A stretch of DNA of 50,063 nt from Basidioascus undulatus. Lineage: Eukaryota. The notes beneath the pieces were generated by a model. It saw only the letters and a program-made list of their open reading frames with translations, did not search any database and had not been told where the DNA came from. The stretch lies in the NCBI GenBank assembly GCA_000826855.1, contig JTLS01000017.1, forward strand, positions 1 to 50,063, in the 5' to 3' direction. This document shows, piece by piece, positions 1-12,592 of the stretch. A program made the position numbers and the translations under genes. Position 1 is the stretch's first letter; each line of letters begins with the position of its first letter.

Positions 1-1196
1 GGGGGTGGCGGTCGCGGTCGACTTGGGCGTCTCTGCCCCGGCGCCGGCGCCGGCGGGCGAGGGCGAGGGGGGCACGACGTCCAGCCGGAGCGCGGCGTCC
101 ACGTTCTCGATCGAGCCTTCCTTCTCCCCCATCCCCTTCCCCTTCTCCTCTTTCTCCACCGCCTCCGCCACGTCCATCTTCTCTTCTTTACCCTGCTCCT
201 CCGCCGCCTCCACCGCCTCCTCCTTAGCGCTTTCGCCCTCCGCCGGCGCGGGCGGTGCGACGTCGTCCTCAGCTAGCGGTTGGGAAGAGGAGGGGACGAC
301 TTCGACGGAGGGCTGCACGTTTGGGTGCTGGGCCGGCACCGGGGCGGGGGAGGGCTCGGGCGTCTCGAGGTCCATCGGCTCGCCCTCGGACATCAGCTCT
401 GCGGGCTCCGGCGGCGGGGGCGCGAGCGAGGACGTTAGGGAGGTGGAGAGGCGCTCGTCCCAACGTCCGGAGCGGATGTCGTCGATATCTTGCACGAGGG
501 TCCTGTAGAAGGATGGAGGTGTGAGAGGGGAGAGGAGGAGGCAGGGGAGGGGAAGGATGGGGAGGGAGAGGGACGAACTTGAACTTGGACTCTGCGGTGT
601 AGATCGAGGACTTGACCTCTTCGACGCGCAGGCGATAGTACTTGCGCGCGAGCTTGAGGTGCGGGCGGGCTGAGAGAAGCGTGCGTGTGAGTGAGTACGC
701 CAAGAGTCTCGAAACGTCGCTGAGTGAAGAGCGCACCTTGGGGGTTCTTCGGCTCGGGAAGGGGCTGGGACCTGCATGCGAGCGGTTTGAGCGGTTTAGA
801 GGAACAAAAGAGGAGAGACAGCGCACGCACATATCGAACCCCAGCTCGCCCATCAGCTCCTTATACGCCAACTCGCATCGCTGCCCATCATTCCCTCAAT
901 CAGCCCCTCCATCGCCCACCTCAGCAACCCACATTTACCTCAGGCGCAAAGAACCCCTTCTCCCTCGCCAGCAGCGGGTGCCCCTCCATAATGCCCGACA
1001 CAGCGGGCCAGTTCTGGTCGCCGACGTCATGTACGGACTGGGCGATGAGGAGGCGCTCGAGGACGGAGAGCGAGGCGGTGAAGTCGGAGAGCGGGGTGGG
1101 AGCGGCGGGGGCAGGGGTGGAGTCGGTTTGCGGAGGGTTGGATGTAAGTGTGTCTTGGGGCGCGACTGGTGGTGGGGGGTCCGCGGTGGTCGCCAT
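1..1196 (-). CDS. BRD8/Bdc1-like NuA4-associated bromodomain protein, N-terminal part (runs off window start; 4 introns seen)
   Basis: ATG at 1196. The spliced product contains LERLLIAQSVHDVGDQNWPAVS and RVEEVKSSIYTAESKFKTLVQDIDDIRSGRWDERL, which resemble the BRD8 N-terminus (GDQNW motif plus coiled coil). An acidic low-complexity linker follows. The bromodomain itself is not in the window. Confidence 0.72.
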
Positions 1197-1591
1197 GCCG
1201 GGCAAGACAACGCGTGATGGTGAGCGTTGCGCGAGAGACGCGAGACGCGAGCAGGCGAGCAGCGAGAGTGGGCGGGTGGGCGGCCTGTGAGTTCAGGTTG
1301 CTTGAGAGAAACCCCAAACTATTTGTGCCTCTGCTTGCACACCGAGCAGTTGTTCCTCGAATATCAGTCCATGTTTTTGGTATTTCTATATTAATCAAAC
1401 ATGATGGAGTTGACTTCCAGGCTGAATATATACGCAAGTTACGGAGATTGAGCATTCGACTTGCAGGCGGGTGTATCGCGACGTCAGCTCCCGCTGCCCG
1501 TTGCCGTTGCTCTCCCTCCCCCGACTGCGACTATCGCAGCCCACCCACGCAACCACACACCTTCCTCTACCGCTTTCCACCGCATCCCACC

Positions 1592-3424
1592 ATGTCCGAC
1601 CTCTCCTCCCAACTTTCCGCGGCAGCCGCGCTCCCGCAAAAAGACAAAGTGACTGCCTACGTCTCTCTCCTCTCCTCCCTTCTCTCCTCCACGCCCGCGC
1701 CCGCGCTCCCCGCCTCCCTCGCATCCTACATCGAGCACGTCGTCCACTCCGACGCCGTTGGGCTCGTCATTGCCCGGCAGGTGCTGGGGGAGGTCGTGCG
1801 CGCCGTGGCGGGCAAGCAGGGCGCGCTGGGCGAGGGCACCGTGCGGCGGGAGGTCATTGAGCGTGCGCTGGAGACGCTCCAGCCTAGGGTTGTGAGCTTT
1901 GAGGAGCAGGTAAGTGGGGTGCGGGAAGGTACGACGGTTGGGGGATGGGTACTGATGTTTGTGATGGGGCGGGGGCAGGCTGGGGCGTTGAGAGAGTGCT
2001 TGTCCGATATTCAGCAGGAGGAGGAGGAGTGGACCGAGGCGGCTCGGACGCTCATGGGGATCCCGCTCGAATCAGGACACCGGTACTTTCTCTCCTTCTA
2101 CTTCCCCCCCTCCTTCCTCCTTCCCACTAACCCCCTTCCCTCCACCCCTCTCAGCTCCGTATCCGACGCGTACAAGCTCTCCATCTACAACCGGATCGTG
2201 CGCCTGCTGCTGCAAGATGAGGACGCGGTGCAGGCGGAGGCGTACCTGAACCGCATGGCTGTGCTAATGCACACCACGTCTGACCGCGAGATCCAGCTCG
2301 GGTTCAAGCTCTCCCAGGCGCGCGTCATGGACTACAAACGCCGCTTCGAGCAGGCCGCGCAGCGGTACCAGGAGCTCAGCTGGGCGGGCGAGCTTGATGA
2401 GGGGGAGAGGCTGCAGGCGCTGTGGGTTTCCCATCCGTCTTCCTCTCAACCTTTCCACCTCCCCCCCCGCCTTTCTTCCTTCCCCTCCCTTTCCATCCCG
2501 TTTGTCTTACTGACACCGCTTTCCTCCCCAGCGGCGCCGCCGCGACCTGTGCGATCCTCGCCCCGGCAGGGCCGCACCGCTCCCGGATCCTCGCCTCGCT
2601 CTACCGAGACGAGCGCTCCTCGCAGCTGCCGAACGCAGGTATTCTCCGCAAGATGTTCCTCGACCACATCCTCCGCCCGCGCGAGATCGCCGCGTTCGAG
2701 GCGACGCTCCTCCCGCACCAGCTTGCGCGCGTCGCGGAGTCGTCAAACGACGTCGCCGCAGTGGATGTGTCCGACTTGGGCGAGGGCGCGGAGGAGGGTG
2801 GGGAGCAGGTTTCGAAGAGGACGGGCCCGACAACTGTGCTTGATCGCGCGGTCATGGAACACAACCTTTTATCCGCCTCAAAGAGTGCGTTCTCTCCCTA
2901 TCGCCCCTCCCTTCTCCCCCCACTAACCGTTCCTCCCCACCTCCCCGCAACAGTATATCTAAACATCACCCTCCCCGGCCTGGGCGCGCTGCTCGACCTT
3001 CACCCCTCCGCGGCGGAGACTATTGCGCGCCGGATGATTGCGCAAGGCCGGCTGCGCGCGACGGTCGACCAGATCGCCGGGCTCATCACGTTCGACCCCG
3101 CCGTCGACGCGCACGACGCCCTCGGCGGCGCAGCGGGCGTCGCAGCCCCTGCTGGAGAAGAGGATGACGGAGGGAGGGCATATGATACGGCTGATGCGCC
3201 GAGGACGGAGAGGTGGGATGAACAGATTCGGAGGACGGCAGCGAGCGTGAGTGGGGTTTCATTTCTCTCTCGCTTCAAAACATCCTTGCCTGGTTCTGGG
3301 GCGTGGCAGCTGACGGGGGTGGAACGCACAGGTCGAGGCCATCGCGCTCATGATCGAGCAGAAGGAGCTGATGCCCCCGCAGCAGCAGGCGGCCGTGCCG
3401 GCGGCAGCTTTGGGGGCGGCATGA
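1592..3424 (+). CDS. CSN4: COP9 signalosome subunit 4 (PCI domain), 5 introns
   Basis: Motifs LQPRVVSFEEQ, IPLESGHR, CAILAPAGPHRSRILASLYRDER, LDRAVMEHNLLSASK-IYLNI and AETIARRMIAQGRL. All introns splice GT-AG in frame. TGA at 3422-3424. Confidence 0.95.
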
Positions 3425-4447
3425 GGGCTCCGTCTGAGCTGGAGAGTCGTAGCGGTGAGGGAGGGTGTACGCTAGATGAGAAGCAGAGGCAGAGCATTGA
3501 ACGATTGAGCGATGCGTGGGTTGGGTTGTTGCGCAGGTGTAAGAGGATGGGAGGGGGAGGGGATGCGCTGGGGAGATGGAGAATGGGCATGGAGATATGC
3601 GCGGAGGGTGGATGCGTTGGAAGAGGGTTGGGTTTGGGAAGCGGAGGTGAACTCGTGGGGGTTGGTGTGGGTCTCTACTGAGCAAGGGGCAGGTGGGGAG
3701 TTGCACTGTGACTCGACTTCCGCGTGCAGCAACGCAGAGTCACGCTTTGAGACAGCGCTTGTAATCTCAGCGCAGTTCGTCTCGGGGCAGCTGGACCCCT
3801 ACAATCAGTTTGAAGTCTCGCAAGCAGCTCAGTCGACTTTGAACAGACGTTCGCACTCGCGCTAATCATTGATGGACTTCGTCTGGGATACGTGTCTCCG
3901 GGTTTCCCCTTTTATCGGAAACCGGGGAATTGCACTACAACGATATTACGGCTTTTACACTATATAGGCAATACCTAGGAGGTGTGTCTCGTTGCATCGA
4001 AAGGACGACGCGTTCGATCGCTACTTTCCCCCCTCGCTTTTGCGGATGCTGCAGGTTCTTTGCCTACAGTAGAAACGGCTTCCACCGAAATCTGAGGGTA
4101 ATTAGGCAGTGTAAATTCTGGGAATAGTAGCTAGCAACAGTGAGAGACGAGATAAGGGCATGCCATGGTCTCGGGCTTTGGCATCGACATAGTCAGGCGT
4201 CCACATGTCTGCTCCGCGTCGCGGAAGATCTCTCATGCAACGTCGTCTCCCAGTCAACAGAGAGCAGCGAAGCCTTAGCTCCTCAATAATTGCGAACTAG
4301 AGCACGAGGCCGGCTCGCACTTGCGGACTCGGCAGCAGACGTGGACATGGTCCGAATCCGCTCACGCGAGCACGATGAGGCGAGAGAAGGCATGGCCGTT
4401 TTTGGGCACATCACTACTATCCAGCCATTACTCCTGGTTGAGACCAA

Positions 4448-4831
4448 ATGACCCGACGTCTTCATCACGACCTTCCCGACACCCCCGCCTGGCCTCGTCG
4501 TCGTCGAAATGATCGGCGTCGAATCGAAACGCATTGCAGCAGGATCGCCTTGGCTGATCATCGCCGGTCAAATCGGACGAACTTGGGAATAAAACACCAC
4601 GAGGTTGACCCAACCCTCGAGGAAGGCTTCGACGCCGCTTGCTACGGCTTGAAACACAAGGCCGCGGAGAAAGGTGGGAACGCCATCCTCGATCTCAAGT
4701 GGTCCGTCGTTCCGCACGGCACGGGGGTCCCTGAGATGATGGTCCACGATTGGCACAAGAAATTCCTGGAAGGTGACTGGTTCGTCACGGGAAACATCGT
4801 GCGCGTCGTCCCCTCGCCGAAGGTGGAATAG
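4448..4831 (+). pseudogene. YbjQ/UPF0145 (putative heavy-metal-binding)-like gene, split over two frames
   Basis: The frame at 4455-4592 reads DVFITTFPTPPPGLVVVEMIGVESKR...IAGQIGRT. A second frame continues LGIKHHEVDPTLEEGFDAACYGLKHKAAEKGGNAILDLKW...FVTGNIVRV. Together they match the YbjQ pattern (xxTT..G..V...G / A..LGANAVVG / V.GTAV). No credible intron joins them. Confidence 0.55.
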
Positions 4832-5416
4832 AGGACAGGTGGTCTGCTGCTGGAGGCTGAATACGGATTCGATTTGGCTGTTTGAGTGTAGCAGGGCCCG
4901 GCATATCCTAAGTCAAGGGGGTAGAGAAAGGTGTTGAGAAAGAGGAAGGTGCTGCGGCATGAGCGCGAAGCCCAGGGAGATGCCCTTTGCGTCTTTCGCT
5001 GTCCCATTCACACGCCCGGAGGGGACTCTGCATCCTTCCCCGGGATAAATTCGGGAAAGTCCAGCCCGTGGGTAAGCCCAAGAGGCAGATTGGCTATCAT
5101 ATGCTATGGAATCGAAGTATGATTGCGTCGCGACATCATCTGTTGCCCTGTAGGTCAGGACTAGGTTTGAAGCGAGTACGTGAGCCGTCCTACTTGATTG
5201 AACATAATTAAAGCATGTTTACCAAAGGCCTTGTACCTCAGTCAACAGTAAAAGCCGCACCAAGCATAACCTTTCAGAGCATGCAGCGAAATGGGTCCCA
5301 CTGGCAGTAGCAGCAAGCCGTCAACCCGAGATTCTTTAGTTTTGGTTCAACTCTCTCTAAGCAATGATAAGCACACAAATGAAGGGATCGGTACCGGGCT
5401 TGAAGCACGCCTGATA

Positions 5417-6484
5417 CTACAGAGCAATTGTATCGCGCTCAACTGTGTCCTCCGTCACATCCACATCTCTCCACAAGAGTGTCCCCATAGAGCGCGCGAG
5501 CCTATCCCGCAAGATTCGGTGCGTATTGCGCACGAGCAGGTCCGGCGACGGCGAAGGTGCGATGCCAACGGGATACGTGAACGACAGGAAGTCATGACTG
5601 CGTAATGAGAGGATATTCAGCCAGATATCACTGAACCGGTAGAGCACCGTGGACATACTCGTCGCCCTCCCGGAAGCCCCTAAGAGTGAAGCGGACAAGT
5701 CGGAGAGCGCGGCCGCCCAGGGTGTTGCCGTTTGAGTCGGGCTCGAGGACGTAGCATACCGGGTACTCCAGTAGCCACCCTGCAAGCGTGATGGCGTCTT
5801 CGGGGTGCGGTGCTGAAAGGGAGAGACCGTACTGTCTCGGAGAGGAAGTTGGGGCTAAGCTGGTGCGAAGATGATTGAGGAGATTAGTGAGCGATGGCGG
5901 TGGGGACGGCATCTAGCAGACTTGTCTGGTCAGTTGGGTCAGGGAGGAGCAGCGCGGAGGGGCACTTGCAAGGAAAGGCGCAGATGGCGATGTTACGGAT
6001 ACGAAGAAGGAGGGGACAGACTCTGATGAAGAGCTGAGTCGAGTGGAGAGCAGATTTCGGTTGACGAGGAACAGCTGGGAGGTCGTCTCCTCATGGACAT
6101 GGTCCAACTCAGCGAAGTTCGCGGGATCCGCCTTCCATTGCAACAGGAGAAAATCAGCATTAACATAATTAAACTGCACGACATGAACTAACTTCGTTTA
6201 ACCGGGTTATTAGTGCCCTCAACGTGCCCGTCTCCAATGCGAAGGCGTCGAGGAGGTAACGCATTCTGAAGGCGTCGTCAAAGTCAAGCACGATGAAAGG
6301 GATCGAAGAGGAGGATCAAGATACAGACGCACCTGACTCCGAGCGACACAGCAAGCAGATCCTTGCAGAATCGTGTGCGGTTCCGAGCGGGAGGCATACG
6401 CCTGGGCTGCCCTGCGGATAGGACGTCTTGAAGAGTAGACTCGACGAGAGGAAGAAGAGCATGAGATCGATCGGAGTGCGACAT
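5417..6484 (-). CDS. DUF4504 / UPF0739 (C1orf74-like) protein, 4 introns
   Basis: ATG at 6484. Motifs DLLAVSLGVR, TLAGWLLEYPVCY..NGNTL and FLSFTYP resemble the family's LFGxLLGYPVxY and YSFSVP signature. Confidence 0.7.
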
Positions 6485-7069
6485 AATGACGGTCGATTTT
6501 GAGAACCGGTCAGAGTTTCAGTGAGTTTGAATGAGGGTATGGTGGCCAGATACGAGGGTAGAAGACGATCGAGGACGACCAGCTCGAGCGCGTCCGCGAC
6601 GCGAGGCCCTCTTGCCTTTGACGCTCACCGCCCACGTTGGTCTTATCCTTCTCTTTCGCTACCCACGATAGTTTCGTGATAGCATCGGTTCGAGGCGGCG
6701 GGCTGCTTCGTAGAAACGTGAGTCCATCTTTGAGGCAATGAGGGAGATCAAGGGGCGGCCGAGCGAGGATGCGCATGCGCATGCACGTGAACGCGACCAG
6801 GGACGGCTTCTCTCGAAGGAGCAGCTGTTCGCGGTTCGCACAGCTCTTCACGTCGCCGGTGTCGATAATGAAAGGTCCCATAAGATCATGCTGGGTCGGG
6901 GAGGCTCTTGACTGGGCGAACTTCTTCGTCGAGACGTCGCTGACCATCCTCCATTGGCGTTACAGCTCACCTTCATCTCTCGATCGCCCTCTCGGGCTCG
7001 ATTATCGCTCACCCACATCGCACCGAATAGTCCTAACATCTCACCCTACACCTCTCCTACACTCCCAAC

Positions 7070-10000
7070 ATGTCACGGCCGGTGACGTGCACCTACCACG
7101 GCCCGGCCTCTATCCTCTCCTCCACCGAATGGACTGAGATCCTCAGAGGGCTCTATCGGCAGCTGCCCCTTCGCTCGCTCGCCTGGCGCCCGGCGTCTGG
7201 CAAGCCCTCGCGGGTGATACACGAGCTCACTGTCGAGTTTAAGCCGTGGCACGCGATCAAGGACGAGCCGCCTGCGCCCCAGATCCCGGTCAGCATACTC
7301 GAGCGGCCGTTCGTACACATGTTCTTCGTTCAATGCGAGGTGGGGAATTTAGCTCCTGAAGACGATGTTTGGAGCTTGCTTATGTCTGGACGGTGCCTAG
7401 GACAACGACACGTACAAGGCGACGGTGCGCAAGCAGATCAAGGACTGGCACGCCGCCGTCACCCAGCGCAAGAACCAGGAGTGGCTCATCGTCCTCGTTG
7501 CTCGGCCGGACACGCGTCCCGGAGCCTCTCGCATCTTCGCGATCAAGGGCGCAGTCATCGACAAGATCAGAGCCGACTTTAACGTCGACAAGAGAGATCG
7601 GTGCGTCTGGTTGCTTCCTGACTCCGCGTGCCGCCCCGCCCATCCGTTCACGCTTCGCTCTCGCAGGTGCATCCAGCTCTCGCGTCTTACTCCGCACGGC
7701 GTCGAGGACCCCTCCGCGTACTCCGAGCTCGTTGGGAAGCTCAAGGACGGTATCGTCAGCAGCTTCGAAGCCGGTATTGCGACGAAGGAGGAGGACGTCA
7801 AGCGAAGCGATGCTCAACGTCTGCTGCCCGGCTGGAACTTCTGCACGTTCTTTATTCTCAAGGCGCGCTCTTTAAATAAAAGTATACTCTCGACAGCTTT
7901 GACTTACCTTCGCGGTCCGCAGGAAAGCCTCGCTCACTCGTACGAGGGCATGACCATCTACGAGGACGCGCTCGTCCAATACGACGAACTCGAAGCTGCC
8001 TTCTACGAGTCTCTGCGAGGTGCGGGAAATAACTTTAGAGAAAGCCTGTTCCTCGGCGGCACTGACACCGCAACAGATCACAACCATCTCTCTCAGTTCG
8101 CGCTCTTCGGTGGCACGCAGCACGGCGATGATTCGGCGCCCCTCCTCTCATCCACCAAGAAGCCTTACCGCGACATGATCCTCTCCAACGTCATCTCTGT
8201 CTTCGACTTCCGTTCATACGTCTTCGCGCGTCAGTGTGCGATGCTCGGCCGCCTCGGCCTCGTCGCGGAGGTCGCGCGGAAGGGAAGCTACTTCATCAGC
8301 ACGTTCGCGCGGACTTTGAGAGATCGCAAGGTGCGTTCAGAACGTCGCCGTAATCAGGAATAGCTTTACCAAGAACGCGAGGTGGTATAGGACGAGCTGG
8401 CGCCGCATTTCGTCGAGTCGTGGACGTACTCTTCTGCGCTCAACCTCGTCGAACAGTGCGAGGCGTGGTCGCGCACATCCGTCATCGACCCCGCTATAGC
8501 CGCGTCTTTCAACGCCGTGCGCGCTGAACTGTTTGAGCTTGCACGCAAACAGGTTCGTCCTTGTCAGCGTGGAACGACGACAACGAGCTGACGCAAGTTC
8601 GCCTGACAGCTCGACAAGATCGGCATTCAAGCCGGTCATCTGCCAGCCGCGCACCCGTTCAACATGTCGCTATCTGAGGAGACGGTCGCCACCGCCGCAG
8701 CGTCGCCCTCGGCGCCGGGAACGGCTGAGCAGGATCTCCCTCCGCCTCCCATGAGCATCACTCGCGCGGACCTCCTCCAGGCGATGGGCGACGCCGAAGC
8801 TTTCGACAATCTCTACATCGACGTCACGCGTCGCACCATCGAAGGTTACGCAGCTAGTAATCGCAAGCGTAACGCATGGAAGCTTGAAGTCTCTCTCGCA
8901 GCCCTCGATCGGTACGGATGATTCTCCAGCCCTTCGTAGAGCTGAAAAGCTGAGAACGTGCCGCGCACTTCAGGCACCGCGGCCGCCTTGCGCCTGCGCA
9001 TGCCGTCTTCTCCGTCCTTCCGACACGCTACGCCGCTCAGCACTGGTCAGCGATCGAGGCTTGCCTCCTCGCGGACAACCTCGACTGTCATGCTCGTCTC
9101 GGAGGACAGCGCGACCGGGCGTGGTTAAAGTCTGCGCTCTCGCTGTTACGAGCGTACGCTGGTACGGGAGATGAGGAGCGGAAGGCGATCGGGACTTTGG
9201 GTGGCGGTGGGGAAGACGGGGGCTTGGGTGGGGTCGAGGACTTCATCAAGCAGATACGGGATACGTCGGCTGGATTGGATCGAGGTGAGCATGACGGCAC
9301 ATCAGCCTAGCTGGCGGGTATCACTGACCATATATCTCAGAGCTTGCCGATTCTGGACAACGCGTCCTCACTGTCAACGTCGCGCAGGAGTGGGCGGATC
9401 TTGCAGAGGACGAGGACGGATCGACGCTGAAAATAATAGTTACGAACGCCTTGCCCTGTGTGAGCGAAAGTTCACGGTAGACACCTTTCGCAGCAGCTGA
9501 TGTTTACTTCCAGGTCGTACACGCCGACGAGGTCCGGCTCTGCTGGTCATCCGCGACCCATGAGCAGCTTTGGTACACGTGCGGCAAGGTCGAGCTCGCT
9601 CCCGGCAACACGGAAGTCACGGTATCCTGTCCGGTACGCTGCATTCATCACTAGTCAGCCTCACCGTGCACACTAAAGAATAACTGGCGGGCAGATGCCG
9701 GTGCACGGCACCTTCTCGCTCGACATCTCTCAAGTTCGGCTCTCGCGCGTCCTCTTCCAGAACGTTCACAACCCGCAGTCCGCGTCCGGCCCTTCTGCAG
9801 CGCTCGTACGCCGTCCAACGGTTCACGTCCCGCACGACCCAAGATCTCTCGATGTCCGCCTGTCGATGCCTTCCGAAAGTGAGATACTTTGCTTGTCAAG
9901 GGACAGTCAAGTTCAATTTCGCTGAACGGCTGTCGACTTTAGTACGCTTGGACGCTGAGAGCGCCGTCCTGCTCTACATCTATGCGGGGCGAAGCAACAT

Positions 10001-11924
10001 CACTCGGGCGACCATCGAGCTCAAGGAGTCTTCCGGTGAGATCGTGTTCAAGCACGATGCCGCAACTTTGACCGAAGGAGGTGCGCCTTTCGCTACTTTT
10101 TCATCGCGCGGGCCTGTACGCTGACCTCGCTCGGGGGCTAAGCGGCGGAGATCACCCCATCTTCGACGCCCGAGCGACTGTGCATTCAAGGACTTGCCCC
10201 CGAAACGAGCGCGGTCATGTCCGTGCCATACACCGGCACTTCACGAGAGTCGCGGATCCAGGTCAGCCGTCCTATTCGTCGAACTCGCTCGCACGCCGTC
10301 TGACAGCGCAAATTAGGTCTCGATCTCCATCGACTACCACACTGACCGCAGGGCAGGACAGCGTCGCACGCTGCGGAGGACGCGTGATGTTCAGCTTGGT
10401 CTCCCACTCAGCGTGAACGTGCAGGACTTCTTCCGGCGCTCCTGGTACGCCTTTTCTGTCCTCCCGAGATCCAGACTTCCCAAACAAAGGTTCCTTTTCA
10501 GTCTGTTCTCCAAATTCACTGTCACGGCCGACAACAACCAGCCGCTCCGCCTGCGCTCGGCTCAGCTCGAAGGCTCATCAGACGCTTTTGAGATCCAGTG
10601 CGCTCAGGCGGCTGCTCGCGAAGCGATCGTACGCCTCCCTCTTCCGAACTCGACCGTAGTCAGCGCTAAGACCATCGCTGCAGGCTATCCCTGCGCAAGA
10701 GACCGGCTCCTTCGTCTTCAGAATCAAGCGCCGCGCCGAGTCTCCACGCGGTGCGTATCTTCATGCATCGTATAGGCATCAGGAGAGTCTCTGATCTCGA
10801 ATGAAGATGCTGCAGAGGCTTCTTCACTCCGTTTCGTCCTCACCTACCGCACGATGCGGGAAGGTGAGTAGTTGATTGCCGTGCTTGAGTTGATGCCATT
10901 GCTCAAGTAAAACTCCAGAAATCGACTACACCATCGAGGAGCGCGCGTCGACCATCCTGGCTGGTCGGGGCCTCGCGTCGCACACGGCATGGGTGCGCAG
11001 TCAGATGGCGGCGACGCTCGACCGCAATCCGGACTGGACGTCGCTGTACGCAGCGACGGGCGAGCTGGACATCGGCGACTTCGAGCGCGAGGCTTGGAAG
11101 CTGACTGCCGAGAAGTACGAGCGGCGCCCCGAAGAGCGTGAAGAGCTTCTGGAGGCTGCCGAGGAGGTATTCGAAGTGCGTCGGGACGCTATCGCCGCTT
11201 TCAACACACTCACTAATTCGTATCACGATGTCCAGTCCGTCGCCAATTATACATATTACGAGTCGCTCGAGGACAAACGGTGGCGAACGTTGAGCGTTCC
11301 AGTCGGCTTGCAGACGGCCGCGGTAAGCGCGAGCTGTCGTTCCCCGGCCTGCCCGATGCTGACGCATTCGCTTTATGCAGGTCGTCAACGCCGTCCGACT
11401 ATCGCTTCCTCGTGCGCGCCCGATCTTCACCGGTCAAGCGCTGCCGGTAACGGTTTCCATCACGCCTTCCTTCGCATGGGCGGATGCCACCGCGACCTCA
11501 CAGCCCCGCCGCTTGTGCTACGAGGTGCAGCCCGACCTGGACTCGTGGTTGCTGAGCGGGAAGGCGAAGGGAGAGTTCGAGGCGATTGTGAGCCTGTCCT
11601 TCCACTGTCCTCTCAGTCGCATGGGCCGTCTGCTCAAGACCCCGCGCTAAACAGGAGAACGAGACGGTGTCCGTGCCGCTGTGCTTCATCCCGCTGCGCT
11701 TCGGCTCGCTCCCCCTCCCCCGCATTGTCATCTACGCCGCGCCCGAGCCGACCAGGGACAGCGGCTCGTACTTCCCGCCGGTGCAGCTCACGGCGTGCGA
11801 GACGTACCTCGAGAATGCGGCTGAGAGCGTCGAGGTCCTCCCACGCAGCATCGGCGGCGCGGGGTGGGGGGCCGAGATGCCGAGCCGGGAGCATCTCAGC
11901 TGGCCCATGTCAAGCGCCGCTTGA
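7070..11924 (+). CDS. TRS130: TRAPP II complex subunit Trs130 (TRAPPC10/TMEM1), about 20 introns
   Basis: Motifs QLPLRSLAW, LERPFVHMFFVQCEDNDTYK, QRLLPGWNFCTFFILKESLA, YEDALVQYDELEA, ISVFDFRSYVFARQ, WLLSGKAKGEF and IPLRFGSLPLP. Manual splicing gives a continuous frame to TGA at 11922-11924. Confidence 0.93.
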
Positions 11925-12592
11925 TCGCTGCTCTCTCATACATCTTTCGCGTTTCGCATGTTTTTTAACAAGCTGTCGTGTCGTTGCAGGTGCACCTTGC
12001 AGCGCTAACAGAGAGGCCCGTCCCTTAAGCGTGTAGTGACATTAGCGAGGATAAGGAGGACGACCTGCGACGTTACTGAGCAAGCTGGATCCTCGTGCAA
12101 ACACGCTGGACCACTGTAAGTCGTGCAACGCTCGAGCATTGGACGAAGCTGAAGCAGCTGTCCGAAGCATGGTCCGTTAACATTGATCTATCAACTGTTA
12201 GAACTTTCAATTTGTCGTCTGCGACGGTTCGCCTGAGCAGACAAGCAAGGATATAGGAGCGGCGGAGAGGACAATGTCGGACGAGGAAGGGAAAGCAAAG
12301 ATGTTCGGCTGAGAAAACCCACGGCGACTGACACCTTGAATGCGCCCAACGACGCCTGCCACTGCGACAATGGCAATTGCATCTGTTGTGTGAGAAACGT
12401 ACTCAACATACACAGGAGAGCGCTGCAAGAGCACATTGTCAGCACCGCTTGTCGAGCATTCACGATGCCGCTCGCCGCTCGCTCCATTTAACTGGGGCTT
12501 CCGTGTGAACCATTCGTCCGTGCCAGCCGGCTTTCCATCTGAAACTCCAACGCTTTGATTATGGCACTCATTGTGATCCGAAGGTATTCATC

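Noticed and set aside
3898..3940. Short hairpin CCGGGTTTCC...GGAAACCGGG resembling a Helitron 3' end
   Set aside because: The stem is imperfect, it is followed by CTAC rather than CTRR, and no other element features are present.
12040..12590. Intron-like signals and short ORFs on the minus strand
   Set aside because: No coherent spliced ORF or family motif could be assembled.
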